A stretch of 64,000 nt of DNA from Kiritimatiellia bacterium (lineage in GTDB: Bacteria > Verrucomicrobiota > Kiritimatiellia > UBA8416 > JADHWI01): contig JADHWI010000003.1 of the NCBI GenBank assembly GCA_016783565.1, positions 9,926-73,925 on the forward strand, in the 5' to 3' direction. The notes beneath the pieces were generated by a model. The model made no database searches. It was not told where the DNA came from and was given only the letters and a program-made list of their open reading frames with translations. This document shows positions 10,067 to 18,705 of the stretch, one piece after another; position 1 is the stretch's first letter, and each line of letters opens with the position of its first letter. The position numbers and the translations under genes are program-made.

Positions 10067-12658
10067 TTAATAAACCTTCCCGAAATTGCGCTGTTGTGGA
10101 ATGGCTTTGGCGCCATGCATATCGATTCTAGGATATTTCTTCACAGATTGCGCCGCAACCTGAAGAGCTTTGAGAAGCTTCACATACTCAGGATCAGTGG
10201 TCGCCTTGAAAACCGCCTTCTCATCCTGCGCCCAGCCACCGGCACCCTTTGCCAGGTTTCGCATCAGAACCCGGCTCAACTCCGGATGCGTAAAATTGAT
10301 CGAAGCCGACGTCAATTTCTGGCCGTGTTCCTTCAAGAAACCATTCACAACGTGCTGCCACCCGATGAATTCCGGATTATTCGCTCCCTTGGGTAAAGAC
10401 ATCAGATCACGACCTCCCATCGTATACGGTCGTGTCATATCCCATGTCGAATAATACGGAACATTCGCATCAATCCAGACAAAGATGCGCTCATACTCCT
10501 CCGCACTCAAGGTCACATCATGATGCCCTTTCTCAAGCATGGCGGTAAGCGGGCTCACCTGCGATCCAGTCTTCATTGCCGGAAATACGCCGCCCGGACC
10601 AAATCCAATGAAATAATATTCTATGAATCGATACTCTTTAAAATACCCCAGATTCGCCGAGTCGATCATGCACAAACTGTCAAAACTCATATTAAAGAAT
10701 CGCGTCCGGTCCGCCGTCATATCCACCCCGCCCTCGGCCCGTTTACCGTTGTGACATTCCACGCAATGTTTGTCCCATACGGGCTGAACCTGCTTGAGAT
10801 AGTCTATCGGCCCGGCACCCCATGACGGTGGCGTTATCCTGTCCGCGGGTCGAGCCAACCTCTTCATCGCCTGTCGACTTGTTTTTGGTGCATTGAGTCG
10901 GTCTTCATGACAGCCCACGCAAGCAACCGTCTCGCCAGCCGTGATCTGCGTGACACTGCCCATGCGCTGGATCTCTTTGTTCTTCGCATCCACTGCCTCA
11001 AAATAAAGTTCCACATTGGACGGCACCTCAAAGTACGCGCTGCCATTTGCATCAACCGGAACCGTCCCGTAATACTCCTTCACGTAATATGAACCCAACC
11101 CGATCACCGGATAATGATCAAACACGCGTGGCCCTTCCGTATTGTACTTCTTAGGAACCTGGCGGAAGACCCGCAGCTTTTTCACCTGCCCACGCTTAAC
11201 CCCCTGCTCAAGCAACCCCTGGTAGATATCCTGCACAAAGAACGTGCCCGTGCCCGGCTCCTGCGGGCAATCGCCCGGAATCGCCCGAGGCTTCTTTCTC
11301 GGCGTCAGACTCACCGGACTGTAACAACCTCGATACCGATCGCCCTCAGCATACAATGGATACGTCGACCCCCCGTGATCCAGCAACACCAGACTGGCGG
11401 GCAATGAGTTGTCAGCACCATAGCTCACAACAGACAGTTCTTTACAGAATGGCCAGGGGTCACAGTAGGCATCGTAATCCACACTATCGCCGCCGCCCTG
11501 TGTCTCACGCCACGTCTTTCCGGAACGCGGCACAAGCTTGGTGGTATTCGTAATTTTCCAAGTCGCTTTCGGATTCTCAACGCCCTGCTTCCTGTCTGCA
11601 ATTGCTATGTCACTGACCGGCGGATGATGATGGCCCGCCATCGTGTACAAAACCAGGTCGGTTTCGGGAATTTGCCGCGGACCATAAAGCGCCTGCGGAA
11701 CCGTTAACGTATTCCCGTAATAAAGCTTCAACTCGCGTCCATTGGGGTTAATCGTCCACAGTCCTTGCCAGGTAAAGAGCGTTTTGTCCTGATATTCCCA
11801 GCGCGAAGCAATAATCGACCCGTCACTCATGAGCGACGGGCTGACCGTGCAAAGCGTGGTCCAGTCAAACCGACGAATATCACTGCCATCCCCCTTGCAG
11901 GCATACAGGGCGCAAGCCAGATAATTCTGACAAACGGAAAAAGACTCCACTCGCGTCGACGAAAACACAATGCGCCCATCCGGATAACAAACCGGCGTAA
12001 AATCGTGCCATGGACCATCGGTCAACTGACGCAATCCCGACCCGTCAACATTGATCTCCCATATATGGAACGTTGACTTACCTGCCTCAGCGTAATGCTC
12101 CTTGTAGGTCATCAGAAGCTTCCGTCCATCGAAAGAAGGATGAATATCCGCAATAAAGCCTTCTTCCGTCGTGAAGATCTCTTTAACGCTTCCGTCAACT
12201 GGATCATAAATGCAAATGGCCGAACCACGATCCGTTCGATGCGAAAACATGGTCGCATTGGTGCCCCGAAGTCCATATGAGCGACGCCGTATGAACGCAA
12301 TGCGACCGGTCTTCGTCAAAGCGCGGTTCAATAATCGCTTGCTGATCCGCCCAATCACATTGATCATCTCAGGACTTTCAGCATCCGACAACGTCAGGGC
12401 CTTCCGGATCTCCTTGCGATCTTCTTTATTCGTAAGCCAAGCCTTACCCAGTCGCTCAAGAACCCGCCGACCCGTCTTTTCGCTGTACGCTCCCTTGATA
12501 AACCGATCCACATCAAAATCGCGATAGGTCACAAGCGTGTGATAGGCATCCGGATGTTTAAGCTTTAGCTCTGCATGATTCCCGGGCATCCCCAGTGCCG
12601 GCGCACCCACCAGCAACAAAACCGCAAGCCCCCGCTTCCAATACGACCTGTTTCTCAT
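10067..12658 (-). CDS. secreted PD40/TolB-like beta-propeller protein with a C-terminal two-CxxCH domain (HzsA-related / planctomycete cytochrome-like)
   Basis: The signal peptide is MRNRSYWKRGLAVLLLVGAPALG. PD40-like repeats include IHPSFDGRKLLMTY, VCYPDGRIVFSS and LMSDGSIIAS. Two heme-binding motifs are present: ETVACVGCHEDR and DKHCVECHNGKRAEGGVDMT. Confidence 0.6.
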   Translation of the reverse strand: MRNRSYWKRGLAVLLLVGAPALGMPGNHAELKLKHPDAYHTLVTYRDFDVDRFIKGAYSEKTGRRVLERLGKAWLTNKEDRKEIRKALTLSDAESPEMINVIGRISKRLLNRALTKTGRIAFIRRRSYGLRGTNATMFSHRTDRGSAICIYDPVDGSVKEIFTTEEGFIADIHPSFDGRKLLMTYKEHYAEAGKSTFHIWEINVDGSGLRQLTDGPWHDFTPVCYPDGRIVFSSTRVESFSVCQNYLACALYACKGDGSDIRRFDWTTLCTVSPSLMSDGSIIASRWEYQDKTLFTWQGLWTINPNGRELKLYYGNTLTVPQALYGPRQIPETDLVLYTMAGHHHPPVSDIAIADRKQGVENPKATWKITNTTKLVPRSGKTWRETQGGGDSVDYDAYCDPWPFCKELSVVSYGADNSLPASLVLLDHGGSTYPLYAEGDRYRGCYSPVSLTPRKKPRAIPGDCPQEPGTGTFFVQDIYQGLLEQGVKRGQVKKLRVFRQVPKKYNTEGPRVFDHYPVIGLGSYYVKEYYGTVPVDANGSAYFEVPSNVELYFEAVDAKNKEIQRMGSVTQITAGETVACVGCHEDRLNAPKTSRQAMKRLARPADRITPPSWGAGPIDYLKQVQPVWDKHCVECHNGKRAEGGVDMTADRTRFFNMSFDSLCMIDSANLGYFKEYRFIEYYFIGFGPGGVFPAMKTGSQVSPLTAMLEKGHHDVTLSAEEYERIFVWIDANVPYYSTWDMTRPYTMGGRDLMSLPKGANNPEFIGWQHVVNGFLKEHGQKLTSASINFTHPELSRVLMRNLAKGAGGWAQDEKAVFKATTDPEYVKLLKALQVAAQSVKKYPRIDMHGAKAIPQQRNFGKVY

Positions 12659-12772
12659 CTATACGTCCTCGTTCCTGATCCTCAATGATATAGCCCCGCA
12701 CTGTGCGCTGACAAGATGTTCGATAGAGAACGCTGGACTTTCCCCACGCTCACACAGTATGGTTTGCACGGT

Positions 12773-13249
12773 ATGAAAAAACGATGGACAACAATTTACG
12801 GCATGCTCTGCATGATCACAATCCTCGCATGCGCATCACTCGCGAATGCCGAGGTATCACGCGAACAACTCCACGAACTCACCGCCGCCATGCAGGAGCT
12901 CAAAGCCGATTGGACGGCAGAGAAGACGGTTAACCTCCTCAACCGCTCAAAACCGGACGGAACGTCAACCTACTCTCTTGAAACCGGCGATGGAGAAAAA
13001 TCCGTCCTCAGCGTGATTAATGCCGAATCAATCCTGCTGAACGGTAAAAACATTCTGGGCGCTCAAGACAAGTCAGAAAAAGAACAGAAACCCCTCACGA
13101 TGCCACCCTTGAGCACCATGATTATCATTGCGGTTCTAAGCATTCTGCTGCTGATCAGCATTGGCGTGAACGTACTCCTGCTTCGTGGTTCCTCCTCGCG
13201 ACGCGGTTATCCGCGCTCCGAAGTTATCCGCAGCATATCTCGGCTGTAA
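12773..13249 (+). CDS. hypothetical exported protein with a C-terminal TM anchor
   Basis: The ORF was trimmed to MKKRWTTIYGMLCMITILACASLANA (signal peptide). A C-terminal TM is present (MIIIAVLSILLLISIGVNVLLL). No recognisable domain. Confidence 0.45.
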   Translation: MKKRWTTIYGMLCMITILACASLANAEVSREQLHELTAAMQELKADWTAEKTVNLLNRSKPDGTSTYSLETGDGEKSVLSVINAESILLNGKNILGAQDKSEKEQKPLTMPPLSTMIIIAVLSILLLISIGVNVLLLRGSSSRRGYPRSEVIRSISRL

Positions 13250-13375
13250 ACCCTGCACGCCGAAAAAGCCGCTTTCCCTCGCTCCGCTCATCACGCGGAG
13301 CGTGACAAGGGTTAAGTTCACCACGCCGTCGGCATGGCGGCACACCATTTACGCGTCATTCACTTTGCGTGCTCG

Positions 13376-14950
13376 TCACCTGCGAATCAGACGCAAGGCG
13401 GCATCACGACATAAAGCCCAAATCAACAAACCATAGAGACCCATTCCTGTAATGATCGTCAAAAGCACGGTCAACACTTGCTGCAGTTTTTGCACCTCCA
13501 TCAGGCCTGCCAACCAGTCACCCAGAAAATTATGGAGATACGGCGCAACCCAACCCATCACAAGCGCCGCCATTGAAACACGCAACAACACGCTCACCGT
13601 GCCCCGCCACTCGACACCGCCCAGACAACGGCCCAATCGACGGGTCAACATGCTGCAATTCACCACGCTTGCAATCACCGTGGCACAAGCTAATCCTGCA
13701 TGCCCGTAGCCTTCCGGCCAGGTCAAAACAAAGATAATATTCAACACCAGGTTGAGCCCCGCCATCATCATGCCTACGCGCACCGGTGTTCGAGTGTCTT
13801 TCAAGGCATAAAAAACCGGCACAATCAATTTATAGAAACTAAACGGGATCAATCCCAACGCATAGAACCGCAACGCACGAACCGTATAAAGCGTGGATTC
13901 CGCACCAAACTCGCCATGCTTCCATTCGAACACGAGCTGCACAATGGGCGAGGCCAACACCAGCATGCCCACGGCCGCAGGCATGACGATCAACATCAGA
14001 CTTTGCGTGGAGTTCTCCAATGTACGCGCCATCTGTTCGTGTTCGCCGCGCGCAGCCTGCCGGGAAAATGCCGGCAAGAGTACGGTGCCCATCGCCGTGG
14101 CAAACAACCCGAGCGGCAAATACAACAGTCGCTCAGAATACGTCAATGCCGCCGGCGCCCAAGCCCCCACCATCATTGCCAGAACCCTGTCGATCAATAC
14201 ATTGATCTGCATCACACCCATACCCAGTGCAGCGGGGCCCATCAGTATAAGCATCTGATGGATACGAGGATCATGCCACTGAAACGATAGTCGCAGGTGT
14301 ACTCCGTGACGACGCAACATGGGAACCTGAACCACAAGCTGCACCACGCCCGCCAGCACCACGCCCCAGGCCACGACCACGATTCTCTCTGCCAATGTTT
14401 TTCCCACAAAAGGACACACCAGAACCAGCACCGCAATCCAAACCAGATTCAGCACCACAGGTGTGGCCGCGGGAACCGCAAAATGATGAAACGAGTTGAG
14501 AATAGCCATGCACAGCGCCACCAGACAGATAAACAACGTGTACGGAAGCATGATCCTCAAGAGAGGCAAAATCGCCGCCAGGCGTTCGTTTGGCGTAACG
14601 ATATGCGGAATCGTCAGCGTCAACACAACCCCCGCCAGCACGACCAGACTCAACACCGCCGCCATCATACCCGCGACACGGCTGGCCAATCGTGATGCCG
14701 ACGCAACCCCCTCCTTCTCCAGACTATCCGAAAATACGGGAATAAAGGACGCCGATAAAGCACCCTCACCAAAAAGTCGACGAAAGAGGTTCGGCAGACA
14801 GAAAGCCACATCAAATGCTGACTTGGCCAATGATGTACCAAAAAGCGATGCCATCAGGATCTCACGCACCAAGCCAAGAATACGACTCAGTCCCGTACAG
14901 GCACTGACTACGCGCGCAGACCCGATCACTCTGTCGGAGGAATCCGACAT
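13376..14950 (-). CDS. murJ: lipid II flippase MurJ (MviN)
   Basis: The segment GLSRILGLVREILMASLFGTSLAKSAFDVAFCLPNLFRRLFGEGALSASFIPVF is typical of MurJ, and about 14 TM helices follow. The ATG shares its A with the TGA of the upstream GT9 gene. Confidence 0.9.
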   Translation of the reverse strand: MSDSSDRVIGSARVVSACTGLSRILGLVREILMASLFGTSLAKSAFDVAFCLPNLFRRLFGEGALSASFIPVFSDSLEKEGVASASRLASRVAGMMAAVLSLVVLAGVVLTLTIPHIVTPNERLAAILPLLRIMLPYTLFICLVALCMAILNSFHHFAVPAATPVVLNLVWIAVLVLVCPFVGKTLAERIVVVAWGVVLAGVVQLVVQVPMLRRHGVHLRLSFQWHDPRIHQMLILMGPAALGMGVMQINVLIDRVLAMMVGAWAPAALTYSERLLYLPLGLFATAMGTVLLPAFSRQAARGEHEQMARTLENSTQSLMLIVMPAAVGMLVLASPIVQLVFEWKHGEFGAESTLYTVRALRFYALGLIPFSFYKLIVPVFYALKDTRTPVRVGMMMAGLNLVLNIIFVLTWPEGYGHAGLACATVIASVVNCSMLTRRLGRCLGGVEWRGTVSVLLRVSMAALVMGWVAPYLHNFLGDWLAGLMEVQKLQQVLTVLLTIITGMGLYGLLIWALCRDAALRLIRR

Positions 14951-15957
14951 CAACGCTCACTTTCCGCAAGAACCGATTCAGCAGCAGCGCAAACCTGCTG
15001 CACCGTAATTGAACGCAGTGCTGCTTCGGCCGCAGCCGATTCGCGAGGAATATCCCGCGATGCATGGGCCACTTCCGCACGAATTACACGATGACGCGAA
15101 CCAATGGGTCCCGTCACCGTCGGATCCGTCATGCCGAATATGGCCACCACGGGTGTCCCCACCGCTGAAGCCAGATGCATGCCCCCACTGTCATTACACA
15201 ACACAAGCTCACACTGTTGCAGCAGTGCCGCCAACTCTGGAATCGAGGTGCGTCCTCCCAAATTTACAGCACTGTCGCCAATGCCTTCTGCAACCTGTCC
15301 GCACAGTGACGCTTCTGCCGGTGCTCCCAACACCATCACCCGCACGGAATGCTTATCTGCAAGCGCCTTCGCCGCCTGCACGAATCGATCTGTGGGCCAG
15401 CGTTTGGACGCCCCACGAGCAGCCCCGGGCAAAACACCTATCCAGCGTTCTTCTTTGCTGTGCTCTCCAAGAAAACCTTGCACCACACCCGCATCTATTT
15501 CCAGAGCGGGTAGAGGAAGCACATCACTCTGCGGGTCCACACCCAACAACTGCATATACTCCCATGCTTGATGCTGCCCGGCGCCCTCGCTTCGGGACAT
15601 CCGCACCTGATCTGTCAACAGCAAGGAACGCAACTGGCCGGGAACACCACGCCGCTGCGGGATCCCTGCAAGAAACGGAACCAATGCCGAACGAAAAGAG
15701 TTAGGCAGAATGATGGCACGATTATAGCCATCAGCCGAAAGCATCCGCGCCACACGCCACATGTCCCCGGTGCACGCCGGAAATTCAATCACCTCATCAA
15801 CCGCGGATTGCATGCGCCAAAGATCACGCCAGCGTGACTTGACCGCAATGGTGATCCGGACATCAGGATGTTGCCGACGGAAAAGCTGAAGCGCCGGCAT
15901 GCTCATGACCGCATCACCCAACCAGTTGACACCACAGATCAATACATGCTCGCTCAT
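14950..15957 (-). CDS. glycosyltransferase family 9 (LPS heptosyltransferase II-like)
   Basis: Motifs: VLICGVNWLGDAVMSMPAL and CNDSGGMHLASAVGTPVVAIFGMTDP. The start is either ATG 15957 or GTG 15993. Confidence 0.8.
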   Translation of the reverse strand: MSEHVLICGVNWLGDAVMSMPALQLFRRQHPDVRITIAVKSRWRDLWRMQSAVDEVIEFPACTGDMWRVARMLSADGYNRAIILPNSFRSALVPFLAGIPQRRGVPGQLRSLLLTDQVRMSRSEGAGQHQAWEYMQLLGVDPQSDVLPLPALEIDAGVVQGFLGEHSKEERWIGVLPGAARGASKRWPTDRFVQAAKALADKHSVRVMVLGAPAEASLCGQVAEGIGDSAVNLGGRTSIPELAALLQQCELVLCNDSGGMHLASAVGTPVVAIFGMTDPTVTGPIGSRHRVIRAEVAHASRDIPRESAAAEAALRSITVQQVCAAAESVLAESER

Positions 15958-15996
15958 GAAAAAGTCTCCCAGGCCGCGTGCGTCATCCGCCACGGC

Positions 15997-17268
15997 TCAA
16001 GCAGGCACAGGTTCGGCCACGGTACGCTCCGACTCCTCTTCCGGCATCACGTCCTGTGGCTCCGCAATCGGCAGGACTTTTTTCCCATTCTCCTTGCGAA
16101 AACAGATACGCGCAATACAGGCATGAAAATCTTCCTCACCGGTCAGAATCTCAATGTCCACCCGCAAAAAGAAAATCGGCACATCACAGCGGGACATTTT
16201 TGGAAAACGCACCGCATCTTTTTCCGTTGTCACGATGGCATCGACATCCAGCTTTCCAGCGGAATTGACAATATTGATCAATTCCTGCTGAGTGTATCTG
16301 TGATGATCAGCAAAACAAAAACGTTCAACAATATCTGCACCACGCATCGCCAGCTCCCGCTCAAAACCTGAAGGAACGGCAATCCCCGACATGGCCACCA
16401 CGCGCATGCCCCGTAGATCTTCCAGCGAATGTTGCTCTCCCGTGGTGACATTATGCAAGTGACGCGCACAATGACGGCATTCAATTATCTCAGCCGTGGG
16501 ATTCAACGCTCGCACCTGCGCCTTAAGCTGTTGCCCGCCGCGACCGTCGGATTTTGTCAGAAAGATAAAGCTGGCGCGTGCGATATTCCGAATCGGTTCC
16601 CGCAAGATTCCCCGCGGAAGCACATGACCGTTCCCAAAAGGGTTGGTGCGGTCAATCAACACAATATCAAGACGATGCTGCATGGCAAGATACTGAAATC
16701 CATCATCCAGAATCAGCGTGTCACAGCCCAGTCGATTGATGGCATAGCGACCACTCTTGACACGATTCTTGTCCACCAGAACGGCGACCTCAGGAAGATT
16801 GGTAGCCAACATGTATGGCTCGTCACCGCTCATGGCCGAATTCAGCAACAGACGTTCACCGTCTGAGACAATTCGGGGAGGACGTTTGCCATCGCGTCGA
16901 AGCAGCGTATTCATAAAGCGCTCTTTGAACGGCAGCTTCTGACTCTTGTATCCACGGCTGAGTATGGCAACCCGCCGGCCCTGTTTGACCAATTCCCGGG
17001 AGAGCACCTCCACGACCGGCGTCTTTCCTGTTCCGCCGACCGTTACATTCCCCACACTGATAACCTGACACCCCAACGCGTGATGCCGCAAGATACCCTT
17101 GCGATACAAAAACAACCTTAATTGCACCACTGATCTGTAAATATGGGAAAGATGCCGGAGCCACGCCAAAAGCAAACGCTCCCGTCGGCGATACCGTAGC
17201 CGCGGAGTCGGTTCGCGTATCAACGAAACAAGAAAATTTTCTGTACGTTCAAGCCGATTCTGGACCAT
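15997..17268 (-). CDS. lpxK: tetraacyldisaccharide 4'-kinase LpxK
   Basis: The P-loop context [21 protein letters not shown] plus ILSRGY and ILDDGFQ mark LpxK. It is the first gene of the lpxK-GT9-murJ string. Confidence 0.9.
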   Translation of the reverse strand: MVQNRLERTENFLVSLIREPTPRLRYRRRERLLLAWLRHLSHIYRSVVQLRLFLYRKGILRHHALGCQVISVGNVTVGGTGKTPVVEVLSRELVKQGRRVAILSRGYKSQKLPFKERFMNTLLRRDGKRPPRIVSDGERLLLNSAMSGDEPYMLATNLPEVAVLVDKNRVKSGRYAINRLGCDTLILDDGFQYLAMQHRLDIVLIDRTNPFGNGHVLPRGILREPIRNIARASFIFLTKSDGRGGQQLKAQVRALNPTAEIIECRHCARHLHNVTTGEQHSLEDLRGMRVVAMSGIAVPSGFERELAMRGADIVERFCFADHHRYTQQELINIVNSAGKLDVDAIVTTEKDAVRFPKMSRCDVPIFFLRVDIEILTGEEDFHACIARICFRKENGKKVLPIAEPQDVMPEEESERTVAEPVPA

Positions 17269-17436
17269 GCTGCTGGAGCCCTACCTTCAATACCACCATA
17301 TGACACATCCCTGTGACGCTTATCCCACCACGCTATTTACACAGAAAGACACGATAAGAAATTCACTGCCCCTTGTCGAGCGTTGGCCAACATTGTGGAT
17401 TATTGCACTGTCAAAGGCTGAAAACTGCAACAAAAA

Positions 17437-18300
17437 CTAATCCGTCAGCTTGAATTCAAACGTAAGGAGCACAGTACCGCCGCGATCACCACCTCCCGAC
17501 GTGATAAAGCGGGCTCTGCGTACCGCCGCGACCGCTGCCCGATCCAGGGCGGAGAAGCCACTGGATGCATAAACCCCGACATCGCTGGCCCGGCCGTCCA
17601 TATCTATAACGACCTTAAGCACGACTTTACCTTCTTCCCCACGAAGACGGGACCCCAGTGGATAGCGTGGCTTTATCTCCGTGACCCCCGCAGAAAACAC
17701 CTCAGCACCTTTCTTAAGCATATCAGCATCGTTATCGATCTCTCCTTTTTCGTTCAGATCAATATCCATGACTTGTGGGGCAGGTACCTGTTCCGTTTGG
17801 AGTCGTGTTTCCGGCGGTGGATTGGATTCAGGTTTTGCGGGAGGCTGTTTGGGCGGCGGAAGAAGAATCGACGAGGCAATGTCGGGAAGCTTTATCGGAT
17901 CAATGGGAGCAGGCGATGGTTCTTCTGCGATGTTGATTTCGGGTTTTGGAATATCAACTTCAAGATCAGGAATGGCGATCTCGAGTCTGGCGACATCAAT
18001 GTCAGGCTCAGGAATGTCGATGTCCGGTTTGGGGATATCAACTTCAGGTTCGGTAATCTCGATTTCTTCAAGCTTCTGTATCGGCTCTGGGTCCGCCTTG
18101 CGAGTTGCCACGAATGTCAGCGACACGCTGGACTCCCGCTTCGGCAAAGTTGATTCACGCCTTATTCTCGATGTTTCAGCAAGATATGCAGTAAATGAAA
18201 AAGCGAACGTATTCCTGAACCTGCACAACCTGCTCGACAAAGAATATATGGCTTCACGCCATCCATACGGCCCTCGCCCAGGACAGCCTTTCTCAGCCAT
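17437..18300 (-). CDS. TonB C-terminal-domain protein lacking the N-terminal membrane anchor (possibly a truncated gene)
   Basis: The TonB_C-like end is RYPLGSRLRGEEGKVVLKVVIDMDGRASDVGVYASSGFSALDRAAVAAVRRARF, preceded by a Pro-rich linker. The first 57 codons are antisense to a receptor-gene tail and contain no TM helix, so the 5' end is doubtful. Confidence 0.55.
   Translation of the reverse strand: MAEKGCPGRGPYGWREAIYSLSSRLCRFRNTFAFSFTAYLAETSRIRRESTLPKRESSVSLTFVATRKADPEPIQKLEEIEITEPEVDIPKPDIDIPEPDIDVARLEIAIPDLEVDIPKPEINIAEEPSPAPIDPIKLPDIASSILLPPPKQPPAKPESNPPPETRLQTEQVPAPQVMDIDLNEKGEIDNDADMLKKGAEVFSAGVTEIKPRYPLGSRLRGEEGKVVLKVVIDMDGRASDVGVYASSGFSALDRAAVAAVRRARFITSGGGDRGGTVLLTFEFKLTD
17917..18051 (-). 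repeat. in-frame tandem (E/K)P(D/E)(I/V)(D/N)(I/V) repeats in the TonB linker
   Basis: The peptide is EPEVDIPKPDIDIPEPDIDVARLEIAIPDLEVDIPKPEINIAEEP. The matching DNA repeats are of the type ggaatatcaacttcaagatcagg / gggatatcaacttcaggttcgg. Confidence 0.5.
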
Positions 18301-18325
18301 GTTCGGTGTTGAAGTGACTTTCTAA
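18131..18325 (+). pseudogene. 3'-terminal fragment of a TonB-dependent receptor gene
   Basis: The last 64 codons of plus-strand ORF 17681-18325 read DSRFGKVDSRLILDVSARYAVNEKANVFLNLHNLLDKEYMASRHPYGPRPGQPFSAMFGVEVTF followed by a stop. This is a classic TBDR C-terminal strand with a terminal Phe. The sequence upstream of it in that frame is only antisense of tonB. Confidence 0.7.
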
Positions 18326-18592
18326 AAGTCATCAGTTCGGCAGTTCTCAAGCATTTATTGGCAGTGCACATTCACGAAAATGGAATACCTGCGCTTTGTT
18401 TTTCCTGTTTGGCTGCATCTGCTTCGAGTTGCTTCGGCATAGTATAGAGATGCAAATCCATAAAACTGCCAATATGTATGGTCCGGAACCAGATCAAAAT
18501 GAGACCAAAATCAAACCCTTTTGCATTTTTTTTACGCGCGTTTTCGAAGGAAAAACACTCTTTTCTTATTAAGAATATATTTTTCCTTGTAC

Positions 18593-18606
18593 CCCAATAT
18601 GTTGGG
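18593..18606. promoter_or_regulatory. imperfect palindrome upstream of nrdJ (weak NrdR-box-like candidate)
   Basis: CCCAATATGTTGGG is self-complementary at 12 of 14 positions. It lies about 100 nt upstream of the nrdJ ATG in an AT-rich leader. It resembles the acaCwAtATaTwGtgt consensus, but I found no convincing second box. Confidence 0.2.
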
Positions 18607-18705
18607 TAGCATACTCCCTTTCGAATGACATCAAGTAGCACATCTAGTATATGCTAAATGTGCATTTTACGACATAAATTCCGCAATACCGCAGGAGATA
18701 GCATC

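Noticed and set aside
17681-18130. Upstream 150 codons of the plus ORF that ends in the receptor tail, as a possible full small receptor gene
   Set aside because: The sequence is Ser/Gly-rich antisense of the TonB linker repeats. It has no plug or barrel motifs. Only the last 64 codons are receptor-like.
18326-18705. Cobalamin riboswitch upstream of the B12-dependent RNR
   Set aside because: No B12-box-like GCCACTG core or conserved paired elements were seen. Biologically, B12 riboswitches normally repress B12-independent isozymes, not nrdJ.
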